NCBI GenBank assembly: GCA_963786955.1
Contig: CAWBAT010000004.1
Location: forward strand, 576,001 to 640,000
Length of the DNA: 64,000 nucleotides
Direction of reading: 5' to 3'
Source: an uncultured Acidimicrobiia bacterium
GTDB lineage: Bacteria > Acidobacteriota > Terriglobia > Versatilivoradales > Versatilivoraceae
The position numbers and the translations under genes are program-made. Positions 61,180 through 64,000 of the stretch are shown here, piece after piece (position 1 is the stretch's first letter; each line of letters starts with the position of its first letter). Below the pieces are notes generated by a model. The model was given only the letters and a program-made list of their open reading frames with translations. It did no database searches and was not told the DNA's origin.

Positions 61180-62343
61180 TTACTTTTGATCTTTATTGGC
61201 GAGAGCCACTGCCAACCGCTCGAGGCCTTCAGCGAGCAGAGAACGGGGACATCCGAAATTCAAGCGGACAAACCCTTCCCCTCCCGGTCCAAATCTCTTG
61301 CCGTCATTGAGAGCGACGCGACCATATTTCAAAAAGAATTGGGCCGGGTTACAAGGAAGATTGGCATCTCGGCAATCAAGCCAGGCCAGAAATGTCGCTT
61401 CTGGCTTCGTCATAGCAAGACTGGGCATTCGTTCAAGGACAAAGTTCCACACAAAATCCCGATTCGCCTCCAAATAGTGGATGAGGCTTTCAAGCCAAGC
61501 CTGGCCCTCCTGATAGGCTGCTTGGGCAGCAACGTATGCCATCACATTGGACACAGGAACCATGCCACTACGGGCAGCTTCAAACCTGCGACGTAATTCC
61601 ATATCCGGGATGATCGCGAAAGCAAACTCCAATCCCGCTAGATTGAATGTCTTACTAGGAGACATTAGCGTAAAGGTTTGGCGTGCAATTTCAGGACTCA
61701 GAGAAGCTAGAGGGATATGTTGATGCCCTCCGAAAACGAGATCGCAATGAATTTCATCGGAAATGATGGGCACACGGTTGCGCAAACAGACCTCTGCCAA
61801 AGCCTCTAGCTCATCCCTTTGGAAAGCACGTCCAACAGGGTTATGGGGATTGCAGAAAAGGAAGCTGCACGTTTGCGGACCCACTGCCCTCTTGAACGCA
61901 TCTAGATCGACACGATAGGAACCTTCGCGTTGGCGGGAAAGTTCCACGATCCTTGTATTCATCCCTGAATGGCTGGCTGCTTTAAAGAATGGCGGGTAAA
62001 CCGGAGTTTGAATCAATACTTCGCTATGGGCTTTACTGAGGGAGCGATTAGCGAGATTGAATCCCGGCACCACCCCCGGTGTGAAGACGATGGCTTCTGC
62101 GGGAACAGCCCAATGGTAAAGACGGTTCAGTCTTTCTTGGATTACTTCAATCAACGCTGCGGGACGCTTGCCGTAACCAAAAATTCCATGGGCCACACGA
62201 TCTTGCATTGATTGCAAAACCGCCGGAGGAGCGGGAAAGTCCATATCGGCAATCCACATCGGCAAGACATCCGGTTCATAGGTCCCCCACTTCACACTGT
62301 CACTTGTGCGGCGGTCGATGCGTCGATCAAAGTCCCAAAGCAT
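61180..62343 (-). CDS. MalY/PatB family PLP-dependent C-S lyase
   Basis: SDSVKW, LPMWIADMDF, CNPHNPVG, SDEIHCDL, SPSKTFNLAG, RLNFGCPR; ATG 62343. Confidence 0.92.
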   Translation of the reverse strand: MLWDFDRRIDRRTSDSVKWGTYEPDVLPMWIADMDFPAPPAVLQSMQDRVAHGIFGYGKRPAALIEVIQERLNRLYHWAVPAEAIVFTPGVVPGFNLANRSLSKAHSEVLIQTPVYPPFFKAASHSGMNTRIVELSRQREGSYRVDLDAFKRAVGPQTCSFLFCNPHNPVGRAFQRDELEALAEVCLRNRVPIISDEIHCDLVFGGHQHIPLASLSPEIARQTFTLMSPSKTFNLAGLEFAFAIIPDMELRRRFEAARSGMVPVSNVMAYVAAQAAYQEGQAWLESLIHYLEANRDFVWNFVLERMPSLAMTKPEATFLAWLDCRDANLPCNPAQFFLKYGRVALNDGKRFGPGGEGFVRLNFGCPRSLLAEGLERLAVALANKDQK

Positions 62344-62368
62344 ATTGATCCAGACTCTCGCTATTATC

Positions 62369-62454
62369 GTGCGGGCCTCTGGCCTGCACATCGAGAATTG
62401 TGGTGCGGGCCTCTGGCCTGCACAAGTGATGCAGGCGGGCCGCATACATCATAA
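62369..62454. repeat. REP cluster downstream of RAYT
   Basis: GTGCGGGCCTCTGGCCTGCACA occurs twice (62369-62390, 62403-62424), followed by a degenerate inverted copy. Confidence 0.75.
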
Positions 62455-62469
62455 GGTTTAACACAACTT

Positions 62470-63120
62470 TTAAGGTGTTTTCTCAATCGCCGATTTGTTC
62501 CCCACCCTTTTAAACTGCGCGCTGCTCCATGGCCAAGCCTCTGAAACCTTGCACAGGCCAGCAACCACGGGGTTATCTTCAACGTACCTTACGAAGGCTT
62601 CAAAGTGCGCACTAGATCGTATTAAGTGATCGAAGGATTCGCGCTCCCATAGAATTCCACTGCGACTCATTACTTTGTTGACCTTGTGCGCGGAGAACGA
62701 TTTCCATGTTTGTAGAATCCTAGATGGGTCATGCAGTGCAAATGGTGTAAATACACAATGAACATGATTTGGCATGATAACCCATGCCGCCATGAAATAT
62801 CGCTCACCATCAAAATGGCGAATCGTATCCTGAACTATCTGAGCAATTTCGGGTCGAGCTAGCAGACAACAGCCAAGACGAAGCGGAGGTTCGCAACGCT
62901 CAGCGACGATTTGTGGTGCAGGCGTCTCGCCGGCATCCTCGGTGGCACAATTTCGCTCTGAGACACACTCATCCTTTTTTTTGGAGGCTACAGCATCCCA
63001 TAACCGAAAGGTAACAAAATAGGACCCACCTTCTTTAAATAGGTGTGGTAATTCTCCCCGAGAACGTGGCTGAACAAATGGGGTCGCTCGCGGGTTAACA
63101 AAATCGAATCTGGTATTCAC
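62470..63120 (-). mobile_element. REP-associated tyrosine transposase (RAYT, Y1 HUH family)
   Basis: YFVTF, MPNHVH (HUH), WERESFDHLIR, YVEDNPVVAGL, WPWSSA; flanked by REP hairpins. Confidence 0.88.
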
Positions 63121-63151
63121 AACTTTCTACCTCAATAGGCTACGTGCAGCC

Positions 63152-63363
63152 TCGACACCAGTTTCGGGCAGGCGGGACGCCTGCACCACAAGAGGTCACT
63201 CTATCCTGATGGTTCCTTGGCGGTAACCAATCTTAACCACGCATGTGCTGCAGAAATCGACACCACCCTCGGGCAGGCGGGACGCCTGCACCACCAGAGG
63301 TCACTCTATCCTGATGGTTCCTTGGCGGTAATCGATCTTGACAACTCGTTTACTGTAAAAATC
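63152..63363. repeat. 105-bp tandem duplication (REP plus 3' end of protease gene), two copies
   Basis: TCGACACCA at 63152 and 63257; GCAGGCGGGACGCCTGCACCAC at 63168 and 63273; TCACTCTATCCTGATGGTTCCTTGGCGGTAA at 63196 and 63301. Confidence 0.92.
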
Positions 63364-64000
63364 AGCTCCAAGAATTCCCGAAACTTCAGCCCCCACTTCC
63401 TTACTGATTTCGCTAAGATGGATGGCCAAAATCTTCGCATATTCCTGTTTGATCCTGCCAAGACTGAGAAGGACTTTGTCGACCCCCAAAACCGAATGGG
63501 CAATCCCACAAGCGCCGGCAAACTCGATGTCGACCTTGGCATTTGGAGTCTCTTCGTTCACTCCCAGAAAAGAGGCCTGCCGCTTAGAAAGCGCACTCAC
63601 GACCGCGCCCGTATCAAAAAGAAAATTCCGGGTGACAGGGCCATTAATCGAAACAGGCAGCAATATCAAATTCCCAAAGATCCTAAAGTCAACTTGCGTT
63701 CCATCTACTGGAAGAACAGGCCGGTTCTTATCGCCGTTTTCTGGCCCTCTCGGTTCCAGAAGAATCCTTTGACCGGGGTAGTCCAAAGTGATCAAGAAAT
63801 CGGCCAAGTCAGAAGTGCTTAAGACCCCGTCGATCAATCCCTGGAAAATTTTGTTGTCAAATGAGGAAACTGGCAAATTCGAGATCTCGACCGCACCGAT
63901 TCTTAACTTCGCTGCTTTGCACAAGTGGGTAGCGGTTTTCCCCGTTCCTCCGACGCATTTGGCGACAGCTGAAGCAATAACTGGAATCTTCAGTTGATCA
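63301..64000 (-). CDS. Retropepsin-like aspartyl protease domain protein, 5' truncated by the window
   Basis: Frame is open to the window edge; FLFDTGA, GILGADF, and an upstream first-domain DGVLSTSD. Confidence 0.85.
   Translation of the reverse strand, partial: DQLKIPVIASAVAKCVGGTGKTATHLCKAAKLRIGAVEISNLPVSSFDNKIFQGLIDGVLSTSDLADFLITLDYPGQRILLEPRGPENGDKNRPVLPVDGTQVDFRIFGNLILLPVSINGPVTRNFLFDTGAVVSALSKRQASFLGVNEETPNAKVDIEFAGACGIAHSVLGVDKVLLSLGRIKQEYAKILAIHLSEISKEVGAEVSGILGADFYSKRVVKIDYRQGTIRIE

Noticed and set aside
62344-62445. N-terminal extension of the MalY/PatB ORF
   Set aside because: It is translation through REP repeats; family similarity begins at ATG 62343.
63196-63363. Diversity-generating retroelement TR/VR pair
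   Set aside because: Only 4 of 10 differences are at adenines in one direction and none in the other; no reverse transcriptase is in the window.
62369-63363. CRISPR array
   Set aside because: Only two copies per repeat type, REP-like GTGG hairpins, an adjacent RAYT and no cas genes.
63217-63822. 201-aa plus-strand ORF
   Set aside because: Antisense to the aspartyl protease gene and the repeats; no recognisable motif.

Overview
Bacterial chromosomal window of roughly 50% GC. The gene content (acidobacterial-type VWA, FxLYD-like, B-box/TM and YTNxDL-type exported proteins) suggests Acidobacteriota; this is inference from protein families only. Most of the window is housekeeping: a FecR-like gene heading mreBCD-mrdA-rodA, then rne/rng and sulP, ppiD, dusB, lysJ/lysK, larE, purD, mtgA, two c-di-GMP enzymes, glcDEF, a bactofilin plus methyltransferase-like gene, metK, HU, mglBA, yvcK-glmU-glmS and tRNA-Arg(CCT). 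After the tRNA is an accessory-looking block ending in a REP-associated tyrosine transposase (RAYT). The RAYT is flanked by GTGG-type REP hairpins and carries one inside its own ORF. The most unusual structure is a 105-bp tandem unit (REP plus gene tail) beside the RAYT, whose extra copy is a diverged, largely synonymously recoded version of the neighbouring protease gene's last 21 codons. Other notable signals are a shared GACAATTTGTC palindrome ahead of sigma54-like promoters, a terminator-like hairpin in the metK leader, a ~355-aa disordered insert in the RNase E/G S1 domain, and LysW-pathway enzymes without lysWXYZ in view. Frameshifts in yvcK and glmS are most likely sequencing indels. 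No CRISPR array, rRNA or intact integrase was seen. All calls are by-eye motif recognition, with no database searches run.
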